A stretch of DNA of 64,000 bases. It comes from Catajapyx aquilonaris. Its lineage: Eukaryota. Under the pieces are notes generated by a model that saw only the letters and a program-made list of their open reading frames with translations, did not search any database and was not told the DNA's origin. The stretch spans positions 62,001 to 126,000 of the forward strand of contig KZ538191.1 in assembly GCA_000934665.2 (NCBI GenBank), given 5' to 3'. Shown piece by piece: positions 43,830 to 55,372 of the stretch. The translations under genes were made by a program, and so were the position numbers. The stretch's first letter is position 1. Each line of letters starts with the position of its first letter.

Positions 43830-43932
43830 TAGCAGGTGGCGCAAGGCTACACTACTGTCGCTCTCAATGGGAAAGTATCCTAGTACTACATGCACGTTGG
43901 TGATGAGTCACCTCGGACTGTCTCGCCAAGCC
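43830..43932 (+). repeat. Dispersed repeat family B, copy 2
   Basis: Matches 19401-19492. Confidence 0.75.
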
Positions 43933-46900
43933 ACAATTCTATTAACGTGTCTGATTATACTGTATAATTCGCATTTTTTGACATTCCGATAACCTATATT
44001 TTGATCAATGACATATTTGGCCACTTGGCGATACAGTACAAGTCAATTTCATGCCAAAAATTCGGAGCAATTACGCTCGTACCACATTGAAAATCGAAAC
44101 CTCCCCCTCAGAAACCATCGACATTAATCAATCCTTTCTCATTTCCGGTTTCGATAACTTGTTAGTTTCATATCTATTATATTCCTTCCCCATCAAGTAC
44201 AGTGTGGAGGGAGGCAGCGCCATGCTGCGGCGACAACCAGCAGGAGGCTGATGGGATTTTTTGGCGGGTCATTTGTTCTTGTCTTTTGCGAGTAGGGGTT
44301 TTGGAAGGGGGTTAGAAGTAAGGAAGGGTCTGCTTCCACCTGGCCTTTGTTCTTTGGGACGAATACAAGTCTATATCCCCTTTTTCTGGATCTCCTTTTT
44401 TTTTTTTTGTTCCTAAGGCGCTTTTCAGTGGACGCAATCGTCCGGTCGCCATTTAATTCGTCTGGTCCTTCCTCTTCTTCCCCCCCCNCCTCTTTTCTTC
44501 TATTCTTTGCTATAGAAGGAATGGGCGCGAAGCCCAATCTGAAGGCCTATCAGAGCGATCGATCTCCAAAAAGAACAAGTTTGGAAACGGGTTTCCTTGA
44601 TAGGCTCCTCCTTTTCCCTTTGATGAAGCTTCGAAGTATATACCTGGATTCTTCTATCGCGCCCTTGATTTTTTTTTGTGCTAAGAAGAATGCCTTGGAG
44701 TGTCGAGAAAATTGGCAAGTCACCCAGATGCTTGGAGTGTTGCGTATCGGCCAGGATACCGGGTGTTTTGTGACTGAAGTTAATTTGTGATCATTTGAGG
44801 TGTCGGTTGAGGATTTACTGATGTCGGGTGTATACTGAACCTGAACAGTCATGGAAAGTTATGAAAATCGCAAAAATATGTCGTAAATAATTGATGTTTT
44901 GACATATACTATAGGGAAGGGCATAAGTCACACAATGAGAAATGCGCATCATAGAAAACAAACTGCCTATATTTAAATGCCAACTCATAAATTGATTTTC
45001 TTTGACTTTCAATGACTTTTGTAACAAAATCCATCAATAACATCAATGAACATTATCTGGTTATGTAATAAAAATATGCTTCATGGTGTTCTCAAAACCG
45101 TTTTTTTTGCCAAGCCCCTGTAAAGAATAGTTTGTGACTTACGCCCTTTCTCATGTCAAAGTCTCAATGAAATAGTAGGCTATTCTCCGAAATTTCTTAA
45201 TAATCTAACTTTTTACACTGTACATTGTTTATTTTTTATTATTTTACCTAACTGTTATTATATTTACCTAACTGACAATTTTATTTTAATTGTTTCTATA
45301 GCTATTTCGTTTACCTAACTGAAATTTTTGCATTATTCCTAGTGGCTGAAGTTGAAGCATCCAAGAATTTGCCAAATGTGAAGTGATAACATGTGTCCGC
45401 TCACTAGTCTGTTTTTTTAAATCGTGTTTCTGCCAGCACTGGACTACATCTTTGAATTCATAGAGATGGGCTAATAGCAGCTGACGACCCCATCACCCCC
45501 CATTATTCCTATGCTTCAGCCAACTGCTGGCCAGCAGACGTCCATTCTAATTGAAATGAACCATCATATGTGCAATCATGTACCCTCACCCCCACATAAA
45601 AGACATGGGGGGGGGGGNGTGAAAAAAACCGTTCCTCTTATGATTGGCCATGTAGGGGGTTTAGGTTCCAAAATAACCCGTCGCTGATTGGGTTTGGGAA
45701 CAAAAGGACATTTGAGACGCGTTTCCCCTGCCACCTTTTTACTTTCCACCCGTTCCTTCTTTTTTTTTAACAGACCCCCCTTGGTACCCCCCACCTTTTT
45801 TTCGAAAGGGGGGCAAGTCCGATGCGAATCCGGCTCCAGACCGAACAAAACCCGTTGTGTTCTGTAGTCTAGGCTTCAAAAGAGTTGGCCAAAAATGGCG
45901 GAAAAGGATACGGTTCAGCGCGGGATATACGAATTATGGCTTCAAAAAATATATATATATATATATATACCCCCCCCCCCCAAAAAAAAATGGATGGAAG
46001 GGGGGGGAAAGATGACTAATGTCAAGTACTTTTTTTGGGGAGCAAAAATCTTTTTTGGGGGGGATATGAAATGGTGGGGCACATAAGGGGATTGAGAAGC
46101 GTAATCTGGATGTTGTCACCCGTATTTCGTGGCTTCTTTTGTTAGTTTTGATGTTATTGCACTTTTTTTTCGGAAGGTTCGTCCTACCGTAACGGGTTAT
46201 GATTTAGTGGGGGAGAAGACATACAAAAAAAATTGCGATTTTTGTATGGGGTAACTTGAGAGCCGGTGACGTTGTGGGTCCTAATGGCGCCGGATATTGA
46301 TGACGACGGGTGTTTTTTTTCGCACAATAGAGGACTTTTCATTGGTGGTGGGTGACGTCACGTAATGAGATCCTGATCGCACATGCTTGAAAAATCGCTG
46401 CAAATTGAAATGGGACTGATGAGTATTTGCCTGCAGGCGCTTCTCGTAAATTTTGGGGAAGCAATTTTCTAATCACTGAGAACAATGCTAGATGTCAGGC
46501 CACCTATCGGATCATTACCGAAATTAAGCGTGCCTGCGTTTGATTACTCATTGGCTCTAATTCTGCATGCAGTTAAAAACTGAGAAAATTGTGTAATGAA
46601 GTCCTATCCTCCACGGTCAAGTCTACATGCTTTAAAAATTATTTGGCAACGAGAAATGATACTGACAACATTCTATTCCATTGTTGTCTAATGTGAATTT
46701 CCTCGGCAATGAGAAAAAAGTCTGCTCGAATCACTCTCGCGTGATTTGCCAATCTTGTTTTTACCTGGATTTGGTCGAAAATACATTCAATCAAAGTTGC
46801 ATAAATGGACTTTCCTATAGTCTCCCAATGTCAACCAGAGTGAATGGCTTCGAAACCAATATAGCAATGTAGGAGATTGTGTATAGTATGAAAGGGACTA

Positions 46901-48320
46901 TGTGTCCCTCTAGTCCTTGCTGTTAGATGAAAATTCCTTTATTGCGACCGAGTACCTGTCAACGTGGTATCCCAGATACGGAGCTCTTATTGAATACCCG
47001 CATACTCTCCCTGCGGATCTGATCAATATTTTACAGTTTACCCATATAGATACCTAAGAGCATGTGCTGTGTGGACGCAAATTTTTCCGTTATCTATTGT
47101 TGCAGGACCTCTCTTTTTTTTTTGAAGCCGGTCTCAGGAGAGGCTTGAAGAACTTGTTATCCGGAGGGTGCAAGCCAAAAAGGAAACGAGAAAAATTCTT
47201 GTAGAGGGTGAGCTATACCAAACTCTCAGGAGGATATTCCCATACTATTTCTTTTCAATTTGGTGGGTCCAGTCTGGCAAGGTCTGGTCACTTTTGGCAC
47301 CACCGGTCCTTCCGGATTTTTTCGGGGGTGGATCTAGTTTTCTATAGACAAATGAACCGTTGCTTTGCTTGCTTCTGCAGATTGTGACAAGTTGTGGAAA
47401 ACCGCTGACTCTTCTCCCCCCCCCTTCTCTCTAGGATTTTTCAGTTCTCATTGGGGCTGACAGGACGACGGTTTGACAAAATGGCTGCCTCGTCAGCAGT
47501 TCTGCCAGTTCGGATATCACTCGTCGGCTGGTGCGGATAAGAGGACGAGAGGTAAACACAACAGAGCGGAATCTGACAGGGGAAAACTTGAGCATTTGAA
47601 ACTTTGGTCCATTAGGTCCTGAAGTGGAAACATGTCAAAATGGAGGAATTTTGGCCTGGTAAAAAAAAAAATAATGGAAGGGTTGGAAATAGAAGGTGCT
47701 GGAGGCATAATCGGTCTCCTTTTTTTTATACCTATTGTCATTGCAGGCAGAGATTAATGGAGTCTGTCTTTTCCTTCTTCCACAACCCGCCACCATCCAA
47801 TCCGCCCTCCTCTTCATTAGAAGCCCTATATACCAAAATGGAGACTCCTCCTTTTCTTCCGAGTGTGATAAAAGTGGATCGAAAGTCCGGAATGGAAGCC
47901 ATCATCATCAACATCATGGCAGAGTCTGATTCCTGGGAGTGGTCAGAAAGAGAGAGGATGATGGAAGGGGGGGAGACTGGACCACAGGAGAGTGTGGATT
48001 GGAAAGGAAGAGAAGGCTCCTGCTTGTGCTTTTGATTGTTGCTCAGAAAGCCGTTGAGCTAGACTTGGCTTTCGAGCATCAATCATAACCAGAAAGGGGC
48101 CAAAAGGCAACGAATTACTGCAGATCGTCTAAGAAGCTATGGTGGAATGAATGGTGGTACTTTATTTGAAGGGGTGTGTTGTAAGTGAAGGATTGGAAAA
48201 TCCAGGTAATTTATATAGTTGGTCAAAATATTGTTGAGGTAATTTGAGCTTACAGTTAGTATAAAGCCTGTTGAGAAAGTCTTCAGAAATTATTTTTAAA
48301 CATTTCTGCATGTATTACTG

Positions 48321-48518
48321 ATGAATTTTTTACTAGCTCAACCGAGTACGCACCCACACTTGCGCAAGTCCATTGTTCCGACAATAATGTTGCCATAGTT
48401 ACACCGGCAGCTTCTAGGGTTCGTTCCAGAGCCTTGGCAACGTCGCAAAAGTCGGCCATGTCGTTACCTCCTCAAGCGTAGTGTTGGAAACAATTTGCTC
48501 GAACTGTGGTGCGCTCAT
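48321..48518 (-). mobile_element. Repeat family A copy 3 (Helitron-like)
   Basis: Reverse complement of copies 1 and 2. The - strand ends TGCGCAAGTGTGGGTGCGTA (hairpin)-CTCGGTTGAG-CTAG|T, the canonical Helitron 3' terminus. Confidence 0.75.
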
Positions 48519-48537
48519 AGAAAAATGCATATTTTTA

Positions 48538-48651
48538 CAAGGTGACCGTAAAGTTTGGACACATAAGAAATAATATTATATTGTTGGTTGACAATTGTCA
48601 TCCAACAATATATTATAATTATTTATGTTCCCAGACTTTATGGTCACCCTG
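48538..48651. mobile_element. Fold-back MITE, Tc1/mariner type
   Basis: TA|CAAGGTGACCGTAAAGTTTGG...TTGTTGGTTGACAA/TTGTCATCCAACAA...CCAGACTTTATGGTCACCCTG is palindromic over almost its whole length. Confidence 0.75.
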
Positions 48652-50652
48652 GTAAGTGCGTGAGTTATATTAATTTTTATATTTTAGACAATATTATTTG
48701 GCATCATTTACACAGCCTGATTTTGCATAATGATCTGGGCTGTGCATCTGAAGCACATGTCAGAATTAATCGGAACGCCCAGTACTTTGCAGTAACTTCA
48801 CATAACGCAAACAGCTCTGACGTGGACTAATATATTAGGCGACCGAACCATTAACGTTGTAGTCCTATATTTCAAATACGGTTTCACTCCGTTAGGTAAG
48901 GGCTACATGCAAATCCCCAGCACAACCCAGTGATGAATGATGAGTGCGAGACAGGGATTTCAGTCCAGGAGGAAGGTGGGGATGGTGGTTGAAGGCATAT
49001 AGGAACCCACATCAGCCTCCCTTGCAAGACGGTTTCCATGATGAGAAGATTGATCATCGTCACTGCCTAATCTATCTCCGCCACAGGACCTCCAAAAGCA
49101 AGGAAGGCCCCCCCAGACTTTGAAGTGTTAATCCAGGTGGCTTTTGGCAAGGGAAGGAAGCCATGGCTTCCAAGTTCTTTCCCCTTCAAAATCTTCAACT
49201 TCCCGTCAAGAATATTGGAATCACTTCAGCTCGAGCTATATGTGCGAAGTCACAGGTTGTCTTTTCTCTTGGGAAAAGAGAAGGCGGAGGGCCGCCCCTT
49301 GACGTTTTCAGGGGCCGAAGCAAGGCTGGAGGGGAGTAATTAAAAGGGGAAGAAACTCCATTTGAATTTCGAATGAGGTTTCGATTGATTAGTCCACGCC
49401 CTACGGAGAGATGGAGAAGTAAAAAATTGGAGAGAGGGGGGACGGATGTGGTGGAAATGGAGAGCTCTTAATTCATATTAATTGCATGACATGATTTCAG
49501 ACTCATCCATTTCTAGGATGATTCCAGTAAGAAGAAGAGAGGGGTTTTTAGTAAGTCATGGGCAGCGTCAATGGGATTGTCTTGAGGGTAAAAAATGAGG
49601 TAATTTGACAAAAAGTTGGCGAGATGTATAGCTGATTGAGATATTATTAATTAACAGGAAATAAAATTATCTGTGTTATAAGAAAAGTCAGGCTTCCCAC
49701 TTCAGTTGTAAGTCAGTTTTATTTCTGAAACACCGCACGACGTGCCTGTTATTTTACGCAATTAATAGCTCAATTTTTACTTAAATGAGACTGTAATCTT
49801 TCTGAAGTTTGAGATCGTGACATTCATGAAGACATGAGTCAAATTTGGGTGAAAATTGGGTTATAAATGGTGTAAAATAATCCCAATTAGTTATTGATAG
49901 AACTTTTACTAGCCCTTATACAGGACCAGTTGTATTGGCACAAATAATATCTGCTTCTAATTAACCTATTAGTAGGTCTAATACTCAGAATACTGCATGG
50001 AGTGTTGCTGTGATCTACGTATCTGCATCTCACGTCATCTTTGCCAGTAACTCTCTCTTAGTTAATTTTGTGGTATATACTGCCAAATAAATGCAGTGTG
50101 CAAAAATTGAATCAAATTAACATGGTATTGCTGCAATGGCATCACTTTTATTTACAGTCTCAAGGAAAATGAGTATTAACAGTGTGACGCCCGCCGATGA
50201 CCATCAGTGTGAGTGTGATGTTACGACATGAAGGTAATATTCATTCTGTCCAGACATTGTGTTGGCTGAAAATCACGATTCCTCCATACATTATTTTGTA
50301 ATAAATAACTTGCAATATGTTTGCCACGAAGTTTTCATTTCATTCGTTTACTTCACGGCATAAATCCCATTCAGGGGTAGACAGCTGAGTCCAGGTTACA
50401 CCTGCTCAATAAAAATTCGGTAGGTCAGTTTTATTTCCATTAAATTTTGTTCATCTGGTGTTGGTCTGTCGTGAACAGCGGGTACAAATATTGAATGCCA
50501 CAAAATAATGATAGACTAAATATCACAAAAGTCTATAAAACAGCTGATATAAATCAGCACACAAATTAATTTGACATTTCAATACTTGACTCTACATAAT
50601 AAATCAATGTGTATGATATTTTCAAATCAACAGTTTTATATTTGTGCAAATA

Positions 50653-50855
50653 CTAGCAGCGGAATCCTTTCTTCGCACGACCTATTTCCAAGGTAACCAG
50701 GTTACCTTGGCAAAATGGCAAAGGCCCCGCGATTAACCTAAATGCAGAAAACTCTGTTGTTTGTTTGTTTTTCCTGTGCATGATGGGTATGAAATGGATA
50801 TAAAACCAAGCCTGGACAAACAAGCAAGCAAACAAATAAACTTGGCTTTTATATG
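50653..50855 (-). mobile_element. Possible non-autonomous Helitron
   Basis: Begins (TA)CTAGCAGCGGAATCCTTTCTTCGCACG, resembling a reversed Helitron 3' end. Contains the perfect palindrome CCAAGGTAACC-A-GGTTACCTTGG (50688-50710) and a (CAAR)n tract near the other end. Confidence 0.4.
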
Positions 50856-51011
50856 CCTAAAAATAATCGAATTTTTTTCACTTTATATATGATGTGTTGT
50901 AATAATGTTAATTTCAACATAGTTAACAAACTTTTTAGCGGAACAAATTTATGGTGTTCCGCTAAATTACAATTGAATTTTATACATGTGCCATTTTTGT
51001 GATCAGTTCTA

Positions 51012-51030
51012 GTGCTGCCATCTACTGAGC
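51012..51030 (-). promoter_or_regulatory. CTCF-like motif
   Basis: The - strand reads GCTCAGTAGATGGCAGCAC, matching the CTCF core CAG/TAG-RTGGC-RSY. It lies about 90 bp upstream of the ZNF-1 promoter motif. Confidence 0.4.
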
Positions 51031-51087
51031 AACACACGATGAGAATACGGTACAAGACGATACGGTATTGTTGCAGTCCTTAAATAT

Positions 51088-51121
51088 CAGCGACACGAAT
51101 GCACCCCGCAAGATGGCCGCC
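51088..51121 (+). promoter_or_regulatory. ZNF-1 promoter module with YY1/Pho-like AAGATGGCCGCC
   Basis: CAGCGACACGA..CCCGC-AAGATGGCCGCC; homologous blocks precede all six ZNF genes. Confidence 0.5.
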
Positions 51122-51378
51122 GATCGAACAACTGGCTCTTGGCCTCTTGTTCTCTTCCCCTTTGCTGATGTCTTCCCGTCTGGCTCCTCCGGCTGTGCAG
51201 ATGACGGTCGTCTGATGGCCGCTCTCGTCGCGGAGAAGATGTGCGACAGGACAGGAGGACGATAACCTTGGTAGAAGGTGCAAAAACGGTTCAGAAAGGA
51301 AAGGACCAGGTCAGCACCTATTAAATGGGATTGACCTGTGCTGCAATGTTGTAACATTAATATTTTTCCCACCCAGAA

Positions 51379-52554
51379 ATGTCTTTAGATATAGTGAAGG
51401 CAGAGGTGGAGGAAGAAGGTGATAACATAACTGGAGACGAGATGTGTAAGGAGCCAATGGAAGAAGAAACACACTTCGATGAAGTGGCTTTTGTGAAAAC
51501 AGAGGGTGGTTCAGCAGGGGACAACATGATAGATGAGGTTAAGATGGAGAGAACAGAAGAAGAAGAAGCGGCAGTCGCAGAATCAGAATACCCCAAGAGC
51601 ATTTATGATCCGCTTGAACCAAATACCAGCAGAACAGCCAGATCCAACGAGACACTATCCTTCCCCACCACACTAGATCCCAACACTAATATCATTTGTG
51701 TACAAAGGAAATTTTCATGTGATGCGTGCTCCAAATTGTATGACACCCATACGCAATTAGTTCAGCACATGAGGATCCATAATGGCGCCAATGTATGTGA
51801 TTTGTGCCAAGCGGGATTTGCGTCTGCTAGCAGATTACTTGCTCATAAGAGGGTCCACACGGGTGAAAAGCCATTCACATGCGAATTGTGTTCAAAGTCA
51901 TTTAGAGAACGGCATTCCTTAACTTTACATGTGAGAATCCATACTGGTGAGAAACCGTTCATGTGTGATTTGTGTGCTAAAAGGTTTGCTCGCCCAGGTA
52001 ATTTAACTCTGCATAAAAGAATGCACACGGGTGAAAGACCTTACTCGTGCAATATGTGCCAAAAGTCATTTGCAAGTAAAGATCAGTTGTGTCAACATTC
52101 CAAAATGCACATGGGTCTAAAGCCATTTGAATGCGACCTGTGTGATAAAAAATTCATTCGTAGCGATCAATTAATTGCCCATAAAAGGGTGCACACTGGC
52201 GAGAAACCTTTCACTTGTGAATACTGCCAAAAGTCATTTTCTCGTCGGCACCTACTAGTCCAGCATGTCAGGATACACGCGGATGAAAAACCATTTGCAT
52301 GCGATGTCTGTGGCAGGGCATTTACGCAAAACAGTAAGTTAATTCTGCACATGAGGAGTCACACTGGCGAGAGGCCTTACGTCTGTGATATCTGCCAGAA
52401 AGCATTTGTTCAACGCTCTAATTTAGTCGATCATCAGAGACTTCATACCGGTGAAAAACCCTACTCGTGTGGCACATGCCAGAAACGTTTTGCAACTTAC
52501 AAGTCACTGTTCAAACACATGCAAAAAGGACATGAAGGCCCTTGTAACTCATGA
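51379..52554 (+). CDS. C2H2 zinc-finger protein ZNF-1, 391 aa, 10 tandem fingers
   Basis: Acidic N-terminus followed by 10 C-x2-C-x12-H-x3/4-H fingers with TGEKP/TGERP linkers. Splice acceptor TTTTTCCCACCCAG lies just before the ATG; AATAAA at 52671. Confidence 0.96.
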   Translation: MSLDIVKAEVEEEGDNITGDEMCKEPMEEETHFDEVAFVKTEGGSAGDNMIDEVKMERTEEEEAAVAESEYPKSIYDPLEPNTSRTARSNETLSFPTTLDPNTNIICVQRKFSCDACSKLYDTHTQLVQHMRIHNGANVCDLCQAGFASASRLLAHKRVHTGEKPFTCELCSKSFRERHSLTLHVRIHTGEKPFMCDLCAKRFARPGNLTLHKRMHTGERPYSCNMCQKSFASKDQLCQHSKMHMGLKPFECDLCDKKFIRSDQLIAHKRVHTGEKPFTCEYCQKSFSRRHLLVQHVRIHADEKPFACDVCGRAFTQNSKLILHMRSHTGERPYVCDICQKAFVQRSNLVDHQRLHTGEKPYSCGTCQKRFATYKSLFKHMQKGHEGPCNS

Positions 52555-53137
52555 AATGAATAGGTGATCTGGTGTAAAGCGGGTAGTGTGAAAATATTAA
52601 TTACAAATTGTGTGGAGACGTCATCATTTTTTATAATTTAATAACTGTCATACAAGTGGTGCATGTGCAAAATAAAAATGTGTTCATACTGTTGTGTCGT
52701 TATTATAATTATTAACGTTAATATCGTCGTCGTCGCCCTCTTCCAAAACAGTTGAGGTCAGCCTTACTTTTCCTTACCCTTGAGGTATTATTCTTAATAA
52801 TGAATTAATGATGGTTCTCCTATTTTATTTTACAAATAAATATTTTGTACATTTTATTTAAAAGGCTATTAATGTTTTAGCAGAATTAAAAAGAATGCCT
52901 TATATTATTATCATTGGGAGAGAAGATGCACATTTAATCTGTACCAGGATTTTTATAAATATGGGTATTGCAGGGTATACACTCGCAGGAGTACTGCACA
53001 GTACGTATTAGAAGTACAGGGTGTGACGGTATTTATCTAAATATTCAAAATAAACACCACTAGCATGTAACAGGTAGCGGTTGTGAATCGCTGTTATTCC
53101 TAGTTGGCGTTATTAGCTCCTCCAGCAGGTGATTTAT

Positions 53138-53189
53138 AGCAGCGATGTGCTATATGACCAAAGCCGATTAAAAAATGGCGGCCTCCAGT
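53138..53189 (+). promoter_or_regulatory. ZNF-2 promoter module (YY1/Pho-like AAAATGGCGGCC)
   Basis: AGCAGCGATGTGCTATATGACC..AAAATGGCGGCCTCCAGT is nearly the same as the block at 63016-63062. Confidence 0.55.
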
Positions 53190-53267
53190 TCGTCCCTGTG
53201 AATTTTGATCCAGAAGCGATTGATTTGCAATAATTGATTGATTGATTGATCGGGGCAGTCGTGGACC

Positions 53268-53722
53268 ATGCCAAACTTTTGCGCAGTGTGCAGGGGTGCC
53301 AGGCCTTCGTGCTTCTCCTTCTTCAGCGTGCCTGTCGATCCTGAGAGACGTCGCCTGTGGCAGGAGGCGATGCCACCTGGAAATGACTTGCTGTTGAGTG
53401 CACGCAGTCATCGTGTGTGCGAAATCCACTTTCAGAAGGAGGACATTGAGAGGAAAAAGGTATTCAAGGATTTGGACGGCAAGGTTTTGGCTGAGGTTAC
53501 TGTTGCTCGACCTCGACTTAAAGAGGATGCCGTGCCCCGACTACATATGGAGCGTTATGTTACTGACAAGAACAAGGAGTGCAAATTCAGCCAAGTAATG
53601 ATTACATCAGGCTCACTTGATCACATCAATGTTAAGAAACCAAACATCAAAAAGGAGCCAAGTGCATCAGCAGAAGGCTGTCACGTCATGAGGGATCATG
53701 CGTTCGGGGAAATAAGCACAGG
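53268..53722 (+). CDS. THAP-C2H2 protein ZNF-2, exon 1 (THAP domain)
   Basis: MPNFCAVC..FFSVPVDPERRRLW..RVCEIHF..RLKEDAVP is the full C2CH THAP signature with P, W, F and the AVP box. Donor GG|GTGAGT after 53722 (phase 2). Confidence 0.92.
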
Positions 53723-53844
53723 GTGAGTATTACCATTGCAAGTTGGAGTGACCAATACCCAAATGGTTTGCATTGGGTGCGATTCATTGGTTTGAAGCAC
53801 GGGTACATTCAAATCAGCAGTATAACAACAAGTGTATAATAATA

Positions 53845-53960
53845 GTGGGTGGAATTTTCGTCGTACTACTACTAGTCACTTCCAACTTGGCAGTACCAGT
53901 GTAGCGCAATAGTACTGCTAAGTTAGCAGTAACTAGTAGTACGCTGAAAATTCCACCCAA
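53845..53960. mobile_element. Fold-back MITE in the ZNF-2 intron
   Basis: About 50-bp inverted arms, TGGGTGGAATTTTC..GTACTACTA..AACTTGGCAGTAC and GTACTGCTAAGTT..TAGTAGTAC..GAAAATTCCACCCA, flanked by TA on both sides. Confidence 0.75.
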
Positions 53961-54068
53961 TATCAGCTACTGTTATTATTTTACGTAGGCTACCGGTATT
54001 TCAATTGACCGTGAAAACCTTCACTTTGTGTTAAGCGTCATATTTGACCTCATGTCATTATATTTCAG

Positions 54069-54696
54069 GAACAGGTCTGGATTAGTCAAGTCCGAAGCTG
54101 AGGAAGGTGACATTGACAGTGTTACTACAAAGGACCAAGCAGAGGAAGTATGGATGTTGCCGGTGAAAAAAGAAGCATACCTTAAAGAGGAAGCAGCCTA
54201 TTCAGAGTTTTCAGAGGTTACGCATGAGGGAACGGAGGATGAAGCGATGGTGTCAGTGCCGCACAATCTCGAGGATGTAGATGACCCACTGGACACTGCT
54301 GGGACTCATTCAGCGTTTCATCCCAGCGTGGATGTCAGTAGTGAATTAAAACAATTCTCCTGCGTTACATGTCACTTATCATGTGCTACACAAAGAGAAT
54401 TGCTTGAACACAACTACAACAAGAACTGTGTTGCTGCCTATGCTTGCGATTCGTCCCACAAAGACTCTGACACCGGTAACACGAATAAGAAACGATTTTT
54501 ATGTGAATTTTGTGAAGAGTCATTCACAAACCAGGGTTGGTTACTTTCACACATCAAAGTCCACACTGGTGAAAGTCCATACAAGTGCGATTTTTGCAAA
54601 AGGGAATTTGATATGTTGGGAATATACATTCTCCACAGGAGGTCGCACAAGAAACCTGGTGAACGCAAGAAGCATCGCAAGTCCAGTGTAAAGTAA
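54069..54696 (+). CDS. THAP-C2H2 protein ZNF-2, exon 2 (acidic region, 2 intact + 1 atypical finger); spliced product 360 aa
   Basis: Acceptor TATTTCAG|G restores the frame (GG+G = Gly, then NRSGLVKSE). Contains VDDPL, CEFCEESF..SHIKVHTGESP and CDFCKREF..HRRSH. AATAAA at 55177. Confidence 0.88.
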
Positions 54697-55372
54697 CAAG
54701 CCTGTGCTTAAACAAAGGGAAATTAACGGGATGCTCTGTTCGTCTAAACTCAATGGAATGGTGTGTTTTGATTCACAATTGTTTGTAACTCATGAGGGTG
54801 TGTTTCTGACCCCTAGTTCCTTATGCAAAAATGCTCACACCTGCGCCCTCTACCACCATCTTTTCTGGTGACACGCTTAGGATTTCCAGCCTGTATTTCA
54901 GATTCAGGCTGGAAACAAAAGCAATGCTTGTGACGTGTGTGGGGTAACCTTTCCGTCCTACGGAAAACTTTTGTTGCACATGAGGGCATGTAAGAGACGA
55001 CAGACCAATTTGCATGTGCCCTGTATTTTCAGCTGTGTTGCAGCTGAACAGGATGGCCTTGATTTATGTCTGAAAAGGTCATGTAAAATATGTGTCTGTT
55101 TTTTTTTAATGCAAAGGAATCTAGAAATGCAAAATATAAGTGCCAAGTGATGTCAATGTACAAAATATATATTTTTAATAAATGCCAGTATGGGGAATTA
55201 TTTGCCACTGCTCTTTCCGCAATATGAAAGATTTACACTGCATTCTTGGCGCACCTCCAGTGATGCTGAATAACTAGCTGATACTTTTGAACGACATTGC
55301 CATTGCTTGTCGTTAACATACATATCACTACGCTAATGATCGCGAATAATTATGCTATAATTCAAATAATGA

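Noticed and set aside
30..49343. The many 60-190 aa ORFs in the first 49 kb
   Set aside because: No recognisable domains. Composition is driven by homopolymers (K, F, P, G runs), many starts are non-ATG, and no coherent exon chain could be built.
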